Shown: positions 1 to 11,782, counted from the stretch's first letter. The stretch is 27,882 nucleotides of DNA from Octopus sinensis (GCF_006345805.1 NW_021827573.1:1-27882); one strand, 5' to 3'. Notes: generated by a model not told the origin, from the letters alone. Program-made: numbers and translations.

Positions 1-470
1 GTTGCTCCAGTTCATTCAGCTGTAGAAATAAGTTGCGACGTCACTAGTGCCAAGCTGTATCGGTGTTTGCCTTTCCTTTGGATAACATCGATTGTGTGGA
101 GAAGGGAGTCTGGTATGCATGGGTGACGAGCTGGCAGAAACGTTAGCGCGCCGGGCGAAATGCGTAGTTGTATTTCGTCAGCCGTTACGTTCTGAGTTCA
201 AATTCCGCCGAGGTCGACTTTGCTTTTCATCCTATCGGGGTCGATAAACTAAGTACCAGTTACGCACTGGGGTCGATGTAATCGACTTAATCCGTTTGTC
301 TGTCCTTGTTTGTCCCCTCTGTGTGTAGCCCCTTGTGGGTAGTAAAGAAATATATGCATGGGTGACTCCTGGTTTTCTATAAAGAACCTTATCCGGACTT
401 GTGCCTCAGAGGGTAACTTTCTAGGTACAATTCCATGGTCATTCATGACCGAAGGGGATTTTTGTACTTT
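1..470 (+). mobile_element. SINE family C (CORE-like tRNA SINE), 5' end outside the window, interrupted by a family B SINE
   Basis: Starts gttgctccagttcattcagctg, like the body of the SINE at 8765-9059. 1-127 joined to 367-470 matches the reverse complement of 26918-27142. Confidence 0.75.
128..352 (+). mobile_element. SINE family B, nested in SINE C with 14-bp TSD
   Basis: Head gagctggcagaaacgttagc, B-box-like gagttcaaattcc, tail gtaaagaaata. TSD tatgcatgggtgac at 114-127 and 353-366. Same family at 11559-11782 and 14536-14950. Confidence 0.9.
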
Positions 471-895
471 AACCGAATTCTCTCAAATTATATTTTCAAA
501 CTTGAAAAAAAAAAATCTCAGAAACGACGCGTTAGATAATATCGTGCGAGATGGGAAAGTCACGACTCGAACGCCTTTGATCACAGAGCTGCTCAATAAC
601 AGTTGATTTAAAGGGGTGGCTATACAACAAGAACAACAACAACTACAATGCCGTATGTACTATTAATGACACCAGCATCACAGTCACCATTATCGTCACG
701 CTTGCCATATTTTCCTTGAAACGAAAGATCCAAACATGCAAATGCATAGACAGACATCATTCCAGACAAGCCAACAAGCCAAGCACACCAGCAAGCCAGT
801 ACATACATACAGACAGACAGACAGATAGGCAGACAGACAGGCAGACAGGCAGACAGGCAGACAGACAGGCAGACGCAGACGTTCAATAATTCAGA

Positions 896-1052
896 TGACG
901 TCGTCAAAGAAGATTGTCATCGTTGTCAGCGGTATGGTGTCAAGTGAATGTCTCAGAAACCGAAAGTGAAACCAAAAATAAGAAAGACATGAGTCACAGA
1001 GTCACTTGTAAACAAACCCGCCGCCGCCGCCGCCGCTGCCTGCTGCCGCCGA
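896..1052. promoter_or_regulatory. Candidate enhancer: cluster of IRF/ISRE, AP-1 and forkhead motifs next to a (CCG)n CpG-rich patch
   Basis: gaaaccgaaagtgaaacc 956-973, TGAGTCA 990-996, TGTAAACA 1007-1014, tgacgtc 896-902, (CCG)n from 1018. Motif matches only. Confidence 0.3.
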
Positions 1053-1244
1053 CTCCGGCGCCGGTCCCTACTCGTCGTCTTCATCTTCGTGTGATTGCCT
1101 CTTTCTTAGAAATCCTTTATAATATCAATGCTGTAGTCGTTGTTGTTGCTGTTGCTGTTCTTGCTGTCGTCATCGTCGCCGTCGTGGTTCTTGTTATTCT
1201 TGTGGTTGTTGTTAGGTACGCTGTATAAGTACCAGTGTAAATAC

Positions 1245-1400
1245 ACGCACACGCACGTGTGCGTGTGTGTGTGTGTAAATGCATGTGTGTATGTGTGTGT
1301 GTGTGTCTGTGTATGTGTGTGTATGTGTACATTTATGGGTATAAGTATGTGTGAATACACGTTGGTCTTCTGATACAAAAATATATATGCAGTATGTATG

Positions 1401-1431
<31 letters not shown>

Positions 1432-1516
1432 GTATGTATTTATATGTGCATGTATGCATATATATGTGCATGTATGTATATAAGTATGTATTTATATGTG
1501 CATGTATGCATATATA

Positions 1517-1559
<43 letters not shown>

Positions 1560-1628
1560 GCATGTATAAATGCATGTATGTATATATATATATATATATG
1601 CATGTATGAATGTATGTAAATATGCATG

Positions 1629-1660
<32 letters not shown>

Positions 1661-1696
1661 CGTCTATGTATATAGGCATGTATATATGTATGCATG

Positions 1697-1727
<31 letters not shown>

Positions 1728-1900
1728 GAATATATGCATGCATGTATGTATGTATGTCAGTCTACAAAAGCTGAAAGTTCCGTATGAACGCACGTATGGA
1801 TGTATGTGTATATATACATATGTGCATGTATGTATGCATTTGTGTATTTATGTATCTACGTATGTATGTCCTTGTATACATATTCATATAAGTGTGTGTG
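1245..1900. repeat. Compound microsatellite (GT)n/(TATG)n/(TA)n
   Basis: Directly visible; explains the YI/CV/HT-rich ORFs. Confidence 0.95.
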
Positions 1901-2439
1901 AGTATGCGTACGTATAGGTAAAGACATGCGCGTACCTATGTGTATGTGAGTGCATGTAAGTCTTCGCGCGCGCTACTATGTGTGTCTGTAAGTCTATCAA
2001 AGAGTGTGTACGTGTGTATATATATTTATACGCATGTGTGTCTTTTTATGTAAGCGTTATATTTACATTTTTCACAAAAATGTCTTATTCCATTGTTTGA
2101 AAATATTATATTTATATTTCTTTTTGGCGAGAAATTTTTTCATAAATATATTTACATTATTTTTGAAATATTTTCTTTGTTAATACATAATTTTATCTAC
2201 TTTTTATTAGTATATTATTTTAAAGACTTTTTTTCTATATTTCTCAACTATATTTTTTTTTACCCCTGTTTTTATTTCTCACAATTTTTTCGAAAATCGA
2301 TTGAAGTCAAATGCAATATAGACAGGAAAACATGTAAACAGAATTCTTTGAATGCTAAAGCATCGCACGTTGGCGTATATGTAGAATATATGCGCTGCTC
2401 TAACAGTTGCAGCCATTTGTATAGACATACAGATATATG

Positions 2440-2514
2440 TGCATGTATGTATATGCTTGTGTGTGTGCGTGTATGTGTGTGTGTCTGTGTGTGGCACTGT
2501 GTGTGCATATATGT

Positions 2515-2596
<82 letters not shown>

Positions 2597-3077
2597 GGGA
2601 GAAAGAGAGGTGTATGTATATGTATGTGTGTAAGTCTGTGTGTGGCACTGAGTTGGTACGCGTATACATAGATACATATATATATGTGTGTGTGTGTGTA
2701 TTTGTGTGCGTGTGTCTGTGTGTGTACATATGCACATCCACGCACAGACCTATAATTACATATTTCCATAACTAGGTAAATATATATATATATATATATA
2801 TAAATAGTCAAACAGTCAGATAGACAGACAGACAGATACTTACATAATTCGTTAGATCGATCGATCGATAGATAGATAGATAGATAGATGCTAGATAAGA
2901 CAATAGATCAGATAGAATAGATATATACATAATACATAGATGACAGAGACATACATAACAGATAGATACAGACAGACAGACGACAGACAAATAGATAATA
3001 GATAGATAGTAGATAGATAGATCGATAATATATTAGATAGATAGATAGATAGACAGACAGACAATACATAGATAGAT

Positions 3078-3114
<37 letters not shown>

Positions 3115-3175
3115 GATAAGAATAGATAGATAGACAGACAGATAGATACATAGATAGATCAATAGATAGTAGAGA

Positions 3176-3210
<35 letters not shown>

Positions 3211-3211
3211 T

Positions 3212-3243
<32 letters not shown>

Positions 3244-3245
3244 CT
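2440..3245. repeat. Compound microsatellite (GT)n/(TA)n/(GA)n, then (GATA)n/(GACA)n
   Basis: Directly visible. Confidence 0.95.
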
Positions 3246-3639
3246 TATAAAAATTCAATTGCTCTGGTTTCCAGCCTGTCACAGAATAGCTACAAATTGA
3301 ATTTAATTTTTTGCACACACAGACCTTCTTACATCTACTCAGTACGCTCTTTCTCATTTCCATTTAGAAACGCCAAGTTATAGGGACATACATAAATAAG
3401 TGTATGTGTTTGAATCTGCCTCTGTGTGTGTGTGTTGTGTGAGTGATAAGATACAGTGAATTAGCGGGATATTGCACACTTTGGAAGCATGATTCACGAA
3501 AGTTCTTTGGTAGTTTATTAAAAGAAATATATACGAGGTATGACATAAGTCAGTATGAAATCAATAAGCGGGTAGGTAAAGCTTAGAATCAACTAAAGAA
3601 AGTAAAAGAGTGGAATATTATCTATGGAAGTCTTGTGTG

Positions 3640-3665
3640 TATATGTGTTTATCTGTGTCTGTATG

Positions 3666-3698
<33 letters not shown>

Positions 3699-3998
3699 AT
3701 ATGTATGTGTATATATGTATGCATATATGTATGTATATGTATATATATATTGATTAAACCTATATAATATATATATATATAAATTATGCTGATAGAATGA
3801 CTATACCTCGAATATTTACGATATATGGACCAGCCATGAAAACGAACGTAGTGTTATACTAATTAACTTTTTTTAGAAAACGTTGATATATAATTAAAAA
3901 TAATATAATTACGAATAATCTTATTTATTGGCTTCAAGTTTGTTTCGTTGGTATGAATTTGCGTAATAGCGGGAAAAATCTCCTAATTTATATATATA

Positions 3999-4036
<38 letters not shown>

Positions 4037-4125
4037 TATAATTATATATCTTATGTATAATATAAAATTTATATAATATAATGTAAATAATATATAAATA
4101 TAGCATAATATAACATATATGCACA
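3640..4125. repeat. (GT)n and (TA)n tracts with AT-rich spacer
   Basis: Tracts at about 3640-3785 and 3985-4125. Confidence 0.85.
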
Positions 4126-4420
4126 TACCAACATTATATGGTATATATACCATGCATCTATGGGTAACGGATATCAGAAAAACGTTGAACATTCTTGAGA
4201 AGCGAAAGCATACAGCAAAAAAATATATATAATATACGACTTTATTTGAATAACGAATAATAATAAACAGAGAAATAGACATGCAACATAAAGAATATTC
4301 CCCTCATCCGTTGGTCCCTGTTTTCATCTAATATGCGCCTACTAGTGCCAAAGAGAACCGGAAACAGAGGTTTTGTATCCAATTATATATATATATATAT
4401 TATATATATATATATATATA

Positions 4421-4601
4421 TGATAGATTCGTTAGCCACTACACACATTTTTTTCTCCTCTTGTTTTTCTGTGTCCCTTTCTGTAGAAGAGCGTAGGCTC
4501 GAAAGATAAAAGACTTTTTCCATTCCCGAGCGTTATACTAATACATCTGTTTGTTTTGTACACCACCTGTTTTCGTCTTTTGTTTTTTTCGTAAACTCTC
4601 C

Positions 4602-4604
<3 letters not shown>
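4421..4604 (+). mobile_element. Short element inserted in (TA)n with a degenerate hammerhead-like core; possible Penelope-like element end
   Basis: (TA)n on both sides. ctgtaga-a-GAGC-gtag-GCTC-gaaa at 4481-4504 resembles CUGANGA-stem II-GAAA, but with A6>U and no stem I. Confidence 0.4.
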
Positions 4605-4642
<38 letters not shown>

Positions 4643-4653
4643 TAGAGAGCGAA

Positions 4654-4686
<33 letters not shown>

Positions 4687-4815
4687 CAGACAGATAGGCA
4701 GGCAGACAAGCAGACAGGCTGACAGACAGACAGCATTATAGACACATACATAGATACAGATCTACACACATACATACGCACATACATACATACATTCACA
4801 CATACATACGTGCGT
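4604..4815. repeat. (TA)n/(GA)n/(GACA)n/(CATA)n compound microsatellite
   Basis: Directly visible. Confidence 0.9.
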
Positions 4816-5258
4816 ATAGATGGTGTTATAGATATAGAAATGAACCTGGTAAATAAGTATTTCCCTGTAGATCATAAGATACAAACTATTAAATAGAAAT
4901 AGCGTTAAGTTTAGTTACAGCTGCAACTTAGACGTCGCTGTTTCTGTGCCCAGAATACAGAGAAGAAACACATTTGATAAAAACACAGAAAGCACTTTTT
5001 CGTCTATGTAGTTAAAGCAGTTCTAAAATTTGACCTGTGAAAGATCTGTCTATTTGCGGCGGAGGGAAGGAGAATTAGTTTTTAGAGATAAGCGTAAAAT
5101 AAAATTTTAGAGAAGGCTTCTTGAAAATCGCTTTAAATTCCAACGGAACCAATAACGAACTTATGAAAATTAGAGGGAGGATGTTTATGAAATAGAAAGA
5201 GAAAGAGAGTGAGAGAGAAGAAGGTATTCGAGTTTTTGATTGGTATTTGTTTATGAAG

Positions 5259-5330
5259 CCCGGGAATGAAAGGGAATATTAGCCTCAGGGGGATTTGAAC
5301 TCGGAGTACGAACTGCCGAAATACATATTG
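5259..5330 (-). mobile_element. Degenerate SINE B fragment
   Basis: gaatgaaagg...ggatttgaactc...ccgaaatac resembles the reverse-strand SINE B core at 11670-11740. Confidence 0.45.
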
Positions 5331-5371
5331 TGTGACAATCTATCCAACGCACAAATTAACACTTATTATGA

Positions 5372-5422
<51 letters not shown>

Positions 5423-5794
5423 TGTGTGTTGTACGTTTCTTAACGAAATAAGACGCTTTTTGTTGGTCTCTCAATTTCAGCGTGTGAGAGTATGAATAGA
5501 TGTATGTGTTGTTCATCGAAAATATGATTGTTTTTGAACCTTGTCTTTTATTAAATTATTTTCTTAATTCCAATGATTTCGTGCCGTTATATTTTATTTA
5601 TATATATATTTATTTATTATTTGCATTGCTTAGTTTTATATTTTTTAACAGTAAATTCCCTTCATCCATCATTAATATTTCTAGATCTTTCTTTTCACGT
5701 CTTCTGAATCTTGAAACACTCTACCGTTAAAATACACAAAAGCTACTAATAAAAATTTATTATTTGAATCAAAGGCATACTAACAATAGAAGAC

Positions 5795-5900
5795 ATGAAT
5801 ACATTATCAACAACCTCATCAAAAAGAACATAAAATATATCACAACAAACTACAAACTGGTGCTAATAACATATTACAAAAGCATTAGAATTAAACAATC
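5795..5900 (+). mobile_element. Possible decayed Penelope-like RT C-terminal fragment
   Basis: Translation YIINNLIKKNIKYITTNYKLVLITYYKSIR resembles, from memory, the IIKKNV...KLIIYYKS stretch of Penelope-type ORFs. AT-rich, so it could be chance. Confidence 0.3.
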
Positions 5901-5947
5901 TAATATCAATAATATCATTCGAGCTTTGGTGTTGAAAAAGACTTTTA

Positions 5948-6240
5948 CGGATTCCATGGACAGCGAGGCTCACCAATGGAGAAGTTTTTAACCGGATCAA
6001 GCTGAAACTGTCGCTAGAAGCTAGGATCACCAAGCATAGATTGACATATTTTGCAGAGGGGACATCATGCTCGGAATGGTCAGTGGCAAGAGAGGGAGAG
6101 GCCGACCAAGAACCCGCTGGTTTGACACCATCAAGAGTGACACGGGAATGGCCATAACCAATCTGAAAGAAGCGACCCAGGATTGAACTGGCTGGAGGAC
6201 ACTGATCCATCCAGTAACCGAGAGTCGACTTCGACCGAGC
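5948..6240 (+). mobile_element. RTE-clade (BovB-like) LINE 3' fragment, frameshifted
   Basis: RIPWTARLTNGEVFNRIK...ARITKHRLTYF, then a shifted frame from 6061: DIMLGMVSGKRGRGRPRTRWFDTIKSDTG...EATQD*TGWRTLIHPVTESRLR. This is a typical RTE ORF C-terminus. Confidence 0.9.
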
Positions 6241-6686
6241 ATATAGATAGATAGAATATCAATAATGATTAAAAGCGTCTAAACTCCATAGTGATTTACT
6301 AATGAGCAACGTGGTATATAAATATGATTGCAAACGTGAAAGTTATAAACTATATGATTCTTACTGATATATTGCCATACCTATAAGTCATTCAACCACC
6401 GACTCACTATGTGGTTACAACAAAGGATTATTGAGATATATCAGAAAGCGCAGCATGAGAAATGTCTGGGAATATGTTAGAGAACAACACGCGTATACCA
6501 CACAGAATTCACTGAAACATAGATGACTAATGATAGAATAACTAATTATATAACAGAAACAAGAGCACTCAGAGAGCGCAAACCTCCGCCGAGGCAACAC
6601 CAACGTCCTCTCAATGATTATTAACCAGTGAGGATTTTTTTAAATAAGAATATCTGAAATAAATACGAATGCTCTCAGAAAAAGTA

Positions 6687-7091
6687 TTCTTTCTTTTCTT
6701 TACTTGTTTCGGTCATTTGACTGCGGCCATGCTGGAGCACCGCCTTTAGTCGAGCAAATCGACACCCAAGACTTATTCTTTGTAAGCCTAGTACTTATTA
6801 TATCGGGTCTCGTTTGCCGACCCGCTAAGTTACGGGGACGTAAAAACACACCACCATCGGTTGTCAGCCAATGTTGGAGGGACAAACACAGATACAAACA
6901 TATACACACACACACATATACATACATACATATATACGACGGGGCTTCTTTCAGTTTCCATCTACCAGATCCACTCACAAGGCTTTGGTCGGCCCGAGGC
7001 TATAGTAGAAGACACTTGCCCAGGGTGGGAATCAACTCAGAACCATGTGGTTGGTAAGCAAGCTACTCACCACACAGCCACTCCTGCGCCT
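6687..7091 (-). mobile_element. SINE family A, full length
   Basis: Reverse complement of aggcgcaggagtggctgtgtgg...(TA/TG)n...gaaacaagtaaa. Confidence 0.9.
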
Positions 7092-7244
7092 AAGTAAAAA
7101 AAGAAAATAAAAATAGGAAAAATAATCCAGAATCCTTGTCCGGTGCCAAATTGATTCCCAAGTCTAATCAGGTGTCGTGCCAGTCACGAGGCCAAACATC
7201 CCTGAAAGTTTCATCCGAATCCATCCAACGATTCTTGTGATATC

Positions 7245-7659
7245 TCTCTTTTACTCTTTTACTTGTTTCAGTCATTTGACTGCGGCCAGGCTGGAGCACC
7301 GCTTTTAGTCGAGCAAATCGACCCCGGGACTTATTCTTTTTTTGTAAGCCCAGTACTTATTCTATCGGTCTCTTTTGCCGAACCGCTAAGTAACGGGGAC
7401 ATAAAGACACCAACATCGGTTGTCAAGCAATGCTAGGGGGACAAACACAGACACACAAACACACACACGCATATATATATATATACATATATACACGACG
7501 GGCTTCTTTCAGTTTCCGTCTACCAAATCCACTCACAAGGCATTGGTCGGCCCGAGGCTATAGTAGAAGACACTTGCCCAAGGTGCCACGCAGTGGGACT
7601 GAACCCGGAACCATGTGGTTGGTAAACAAGCTACTTACCACAAAGCCACTCCTGCGCCT
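7245..7659 (-). mobile_element. SINE family A, full length
   Basis: Same consensus, (gagtaaaa)n tail. Confidence 0.9.
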
Positions 7660-8345
7660 ATGCCACTCCTAAAAAATTTACCCTACCTTCGCTAAGGTGG
7701 ATGTAATAATAATCTGGTTGATATCGTATAAATTTAACGGTCAAAGTTTAAATTCCGTTGCTAATCACTTTGGTTCTACCTACTCGAGAGGTGTAACTCA
7801 CGCCAACATCAGGTAATCCTAAAAATGAGGTTCTGTGAGTCTTGGAACGTTGGTGATGGATATAAGAATTTCAATCTTCCAAACAATCTGGAAGGTATTC
7901 TTGTGTTATGAAAAACTCCTGTTATGCAGAAATGGCGGTGCCCCAGCATGGCCACAGCTCGTGAGCTGAAACTAGATTAAAAAAAAACAAAAAAACATTG
8001 TCATGTTTTTTTCAAACATGCTTAATAAATAAAAACTTTTTTTCCTACATTCAGAAATATGTGCGTTAATGCCTTTGTGTATAAAATATGCATTTGTCTC
8101 TGCTGTTCATATTGAATTACTCATATATCTCTCTCTCTCTCTCCCTCTCTCCCTCTCTCTCTTTCACACATACACACACACACAAACACACAGACATGCA
8201 CACATGCACACACATATATATGTGTATGCATATATATATGTATATATATATATATGTATATATATATACATATATATGTATACACACACACACACACCAC
8301 ACACACACACAACACACACACACACACACATATATATATATGCAT

Positions 8346-8751
8346 AGGCGCAGGAGTGGCTGTGTGGTAAGTAGCTTGCTAACCAACCACATGGTTTCGG
8401 GTTCAGTCCCACTGCGTGGCACCTTGGGCAAGTGTCTTCTACTATAGCCTCGGGCCGACCAAAGCCTTGTGAGTGGATTTGGTAGACGGAAACTGAAAGA
8501 AGCCTGTCGTATATATATGTATATATATATATATATGTGTGTGTTTGTGTGTCTGTCTTTGTACCCCTAGCATTGCTTGACAACCGATGCTGGTGTGTTT
8601 ACGTCCCCGTCACTTAGAATAAGACCGATAGAATAAGTACTGGGCTTACAAAAAATAAGTCCCGGGGTCGATATGCTCGACTAAAGGCGGTGCTCCAGCA
8701 TGGCCGCAGTCAAAATGACTGAAACAAGTAAAAGAGTAAAGAGTAAAGAGT
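8346..8751 (+). mobile_element. SINE family A, full length
   Basis: tRNA-like head (ggctgtgtggtaag; gggttcagtccc), CORE-like gtggcaccttgggcaagtgtc, internal microsatellite, gagtaaa tail. Confidence 0.9.
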
Positions 8752-8764
8752 ATAATACAAGTGA

Positions 8765-9059
8765 GGGCGTGTGGCTTAGTGGTTAGGGCATTCGGCTCAT
8801 GATCGTAAGGTCGTGAATTCGATTCCCGACGACGCGTTGTGTCCTTGAGCAGGACACTTTATTTCACGTTGCTCCAGTCCACTAAGCTGGCAAAAATGAG
8901 TAGTACCTGTATTTCAAAGGGCAAGCCTTGTCACATTCTGTGTCACCCTGAATCTCCATGAGAACTACGTTAAGGGTACACGTGTTTGTGGAGTGCTCAG
9001 CCGTTTGCACGCTGATCGTATCAGCTGGGACCCTCGTCGTCGTAACCGACGGAGTGCTC
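8765..9059 (+). mobile_element. tRNA-derived CORE-like SINE (family C head, different tail)
   Basis: A box tggcttagtgg 8772-8782, B-box-like gaattcgattcc 8815-8826, CORE/V-like ttgtgtccttgagcaggacactt. Confidence 0.85.
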
Positions 9060-9735
9060 TTATATATGATACAGTCATCTATGTATTATACTTAATGTAA
9101 ATACATCACGAAAAATTAAATTAACTGGTATTCTTCCGGAGATGGTATCTCTAATGAATGTACTGTGTTAAATGGCACGAATAAATCAGTATCCACCAGT
9201 AACGATGAAAATAATGTTTGATCTGCATTTCTGCATGATTGAGCTTTGTCAGCAACACGTATCCACTAGCAGCCTCATGCGAAAACAGAATCCGTCGCTA
9301 TTGATAAAGGAAAACATTAATTGAAAAATCCCGAGCGTTGCAATTAGCCGAGCAGCTAAGAGACAATCCGTTGTTCTTAAACACTCTGTTAGCCAGGTAA
9401 GACATTATAGATATAACTGCAAATCCATTTTATTCCGCTTTTACTGTAAGCATCTAACATTGTATTCCACGTGCTGCAAATTCTTCCCTATGTTCTTGTT
9501 TTAGGCCCTTCCTCTTATCTTCGTACCCTATAATACCCTCTACCAAAGCACTTACATGAATACCCGAGCGCGTAATTTTTCCACCCTACACCGTGCTATA
9601 AAATAGGGCGCTGCAACATGGCTCGGCTCTGCAAGCACATCCTCAAATGAATCCTTCTGCAGCTTCTTATCTTTAGTACAATGCAGAGGCCAGGGTCCTC
9701 GTCTTCCTTTATTTACACTCTTACATTATCTGCCC

Positions 9736-9737
<2 letters not shown>

Positions 9738-9770
<33 letters not shown>

Positions 9771-10039
9771 ATGTCTCTCTCTATCTATCTCCTATCTCTT
9801 TCGCTTTTTCTTTCTCTCTCTCTCTCTCTCTCACACACACACTCTTGCTGTCTGTGTTGATTCTTATCGCATTAATGCTGTTGCATTGCTGTATCAGAAC
9901 AGCCGACATGCCGCCGAGTATATTTTGCTAAGAATGACTTGTATGCTGCCACTCTTTGATGCAGTAAAGCCTGCGGTTTATTTCACCGCGCTCTCTGTAT
10001 GTCAGTCTGACAGTCTGTCTGTCTGTCTCTCTCTTTCTT

Positions 10040-10074
<35 letters not shown>

Positions 10075-10126
10075 TTATCTATCTATCTCTATCTCGCTCT
10101 GCTCTCTTCACTCTTTCTCTTTCTCC

Positions 10127-10178
<52 letters not shown>

Positions 10179-10211
10179 ATCTCTTTCTAACTCTTTCTTA
10201 CTTTCTTACTT

Positions 10212-10242
<31 letters not shown>

Positions 10243-10258
10243 ATTTTCTTTTCTTTCT
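9738..10258. repeat. (CT)n-rich tracts
   Basis: Tracts at 9738-9845 and about 10000-10258. Confidence 0.9.
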
Positions 10259-10373
10259 AGAAGATATCGGATTTCGTCAGACCAGATGGAAAATGGGATC
10301 TGCAAGGTTTTACTCGCCCAAGACATGCCGCATGTCTTGACGGTAGCCCATGACTTCATCACGAACTGAAAGC

Positions 10374-10605
10374 TTAACCCTTCTGTTACTCTATTTATTC
10401 TGAGATGTTCTGTGTTTCTTTCAATTAATTTTAAATATAACAAAGAATTTAGTAAAATAACTTAGTTAACATTAAGCTAGTGTTAGGAACGTTAATTGTG
10501 ACTAAGGTTTGGTGGAAGATTTTAATTCAAAACTTATGAAAACAAGACATTTTTACTACAGAGCCAGAGGCGGTTTCAGCCGGGTTGTTATCAAAAAAGA
10601 GTTAA
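10374..10605. mobile_element. piggyBac-type MITE (TTAA target)
   Basis: TTAA-cccttc at 10374 and aaagag-TTAA at 10602-10605 (GGG end mutated to GAG); non-coding interior. Confidence 0.65.
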
Positions 10606-10709
10606 GACAAGAGAAGAGACCCGCACAGTAAAGAATATACTTTTTCTCAACAATTAATATCATTTTACGGAGATGTTCTTGCAAAGCAAGTGACCTGATC
10701 TGAGATCGT

Positions 10710-10769
10710 GTGCTGGAACGGAATTTTGTCAGAGAATAGGTGCTGGAACGGAATTTTGTCAGTGAACAG
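10710..10769. repeat. 30-bp tandem duplication
   Basis: gtgctggaacggaattttgtcagagaatag / gtgctggaacggaattttgtcagtgaacag. Confidence 0.9.
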
Positions 10770-10904
10770 GTCGCGGTCTCAAAGCGACGAAAATATTTTG
10801 ACAAATTAAATATAAATGTTGAAGTGAATCTAACGGTTTTTGTGCGTTTCTTAAATAGCTTATAAACACCTTCCACGCTGCAATATCATTTTAATAATAA
10901 TGAT

Positions 10905-11112
10905 ATTGGTTTCAAATTTTGGTACAAGGCCAACAGCTTCAAGGAAGGGGCCAAGTCGATTACATTGACTCCAATGCTCAACTGGTGCTTATTTTCTTGA
11001 CCCCGAAAGGATGAAAGTCAATGTGCAACTCAGCGGAAATTCAACTTACTATGTAAAGCCGGACGAAATGCCGCTAAGCATTTTCCCCGGCGTGTTAATG
11101 ATTCTGCTAGCC
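10905..11112 (-). mobile_element. Diverged SINE B-type copy with alternative tail
   Basis: gaccccgaaaggatgaaag...gccggacgaaatgccgctaagcattt matches the B core; tail differs (aaattttggtacaaggcc). Confidence 0.75.
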
Positions 11113-11254
11113 TTAAATCTTTATTAATGATACTAGTAATTAATAAATCCATGTCATGTTTTCCTCCCTTCATAATTATATCTATAATTATAACATTAGT
11201 AATTAACTTAATTTGGTTATCTTCTCACTACTATTTTTTATTGGGTTTTCGTGC

Positions 11255-11510
11255 CTGTCATCACTTATGTCCGCGAATGTTGGACAATGATCGGAAAAGT
11301 ACGATCGTGAATACAAGCGGCCGAAATTAAGGTTCCTCAGAAGGGTGAGTAGCTCTGAGACCAAGGAGTCTCTCTGGCCTAAGCTGACTGGCCACAGCTC
11401 CAGTATTACGGACATGTGATTAGAATATCGCAGAAAATGATCGCAAGACGATTTATTTAATTCAAGCCAAACGGCAGGAAACCAAGAACGAGATGGCTGG
11501 ATAATACCCA
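11255..11510 (+). mobile_element. RTE-clade LINE 3' fragment
   Basis: Frameshifted motifs YVRECWTM, IQAAEI/RFLRRV, LQYYGHVIRI, KPRTRWLDN. Confidence 0.85.
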
Positions 11511-11558
11511 TAGTCTCATGTGGTCATGCTTGAGAATCCAGCTGAAAAGTATAATAAC

Positions 11559-11782
11559 TATTTCTTTATTACCCACAAGGGGCTAAACATAGAGAGGACA
11601 AACAAGGACAGACATAGGTATTAAGTCGATTACATCGACCCCAGTGCGTAACTGGTACTTAATTTATCGACCCCGAAAGGATGAAAGGCAAAGTCGACCT
11701 CGGCGGAATTTGAACTCACAACGTAACGCAGACGAAATACCGCTAAGCATTTCGCCCGGCGTGCTAACGTTTCTGCCAGCTC
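11559..11782 (-). mobile_element. SINE family B with perfect 18-bp TSD
   Basis: TSD gctgaaaagtataataac at 11541-11558 and 11783-11800. Confidence 0.92.

Larger units (their letters stand above)
6558..7706 (+). mobile_element. Non-autonomous Helentron/HINE-like element split by two SINE A insertions
   Basis: 5' aacaagagcactcagagagcgcaaacctccgccgagg; middle segment 7098-7244; 3' end ccttcgctaaggtggatgtaat at 7686-7707 is a degenerate inverted copy of acctccgcc. Superfamily assignment is from recall. Confidence 0.45.

Noticed and set aside
1106-3363. Many 100-190 aa ORFs rich in YI/HT/CV/LS
   Set aside because: Translations of (TA), (CA), (TATG) and (GATA) microsatellites, present in several frames and strands; no domain features.
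8765-8840. tRNA gene
   Set aside because: A and B boxes run into a SINE body; no complete cloverleaf or terminator.
9618-9650. ATG GCT CGG start resembling histone H3
   Set aside because: The frame reads MARLCKHILK then stops; no further similarity.
10319-10339. caagacatgc-c-gcatgtcttg palindrome as a p53 element
   Set aside because: The CATG cores are 3 nt apart rather than the canonical 6; a single short hairpin is expected by chance at this scale.
10710-10769. CRISPR-like repeat
   Set aside because: Two adjacent 30-bp units with no spacer, eukaryotic context, no cas genes.
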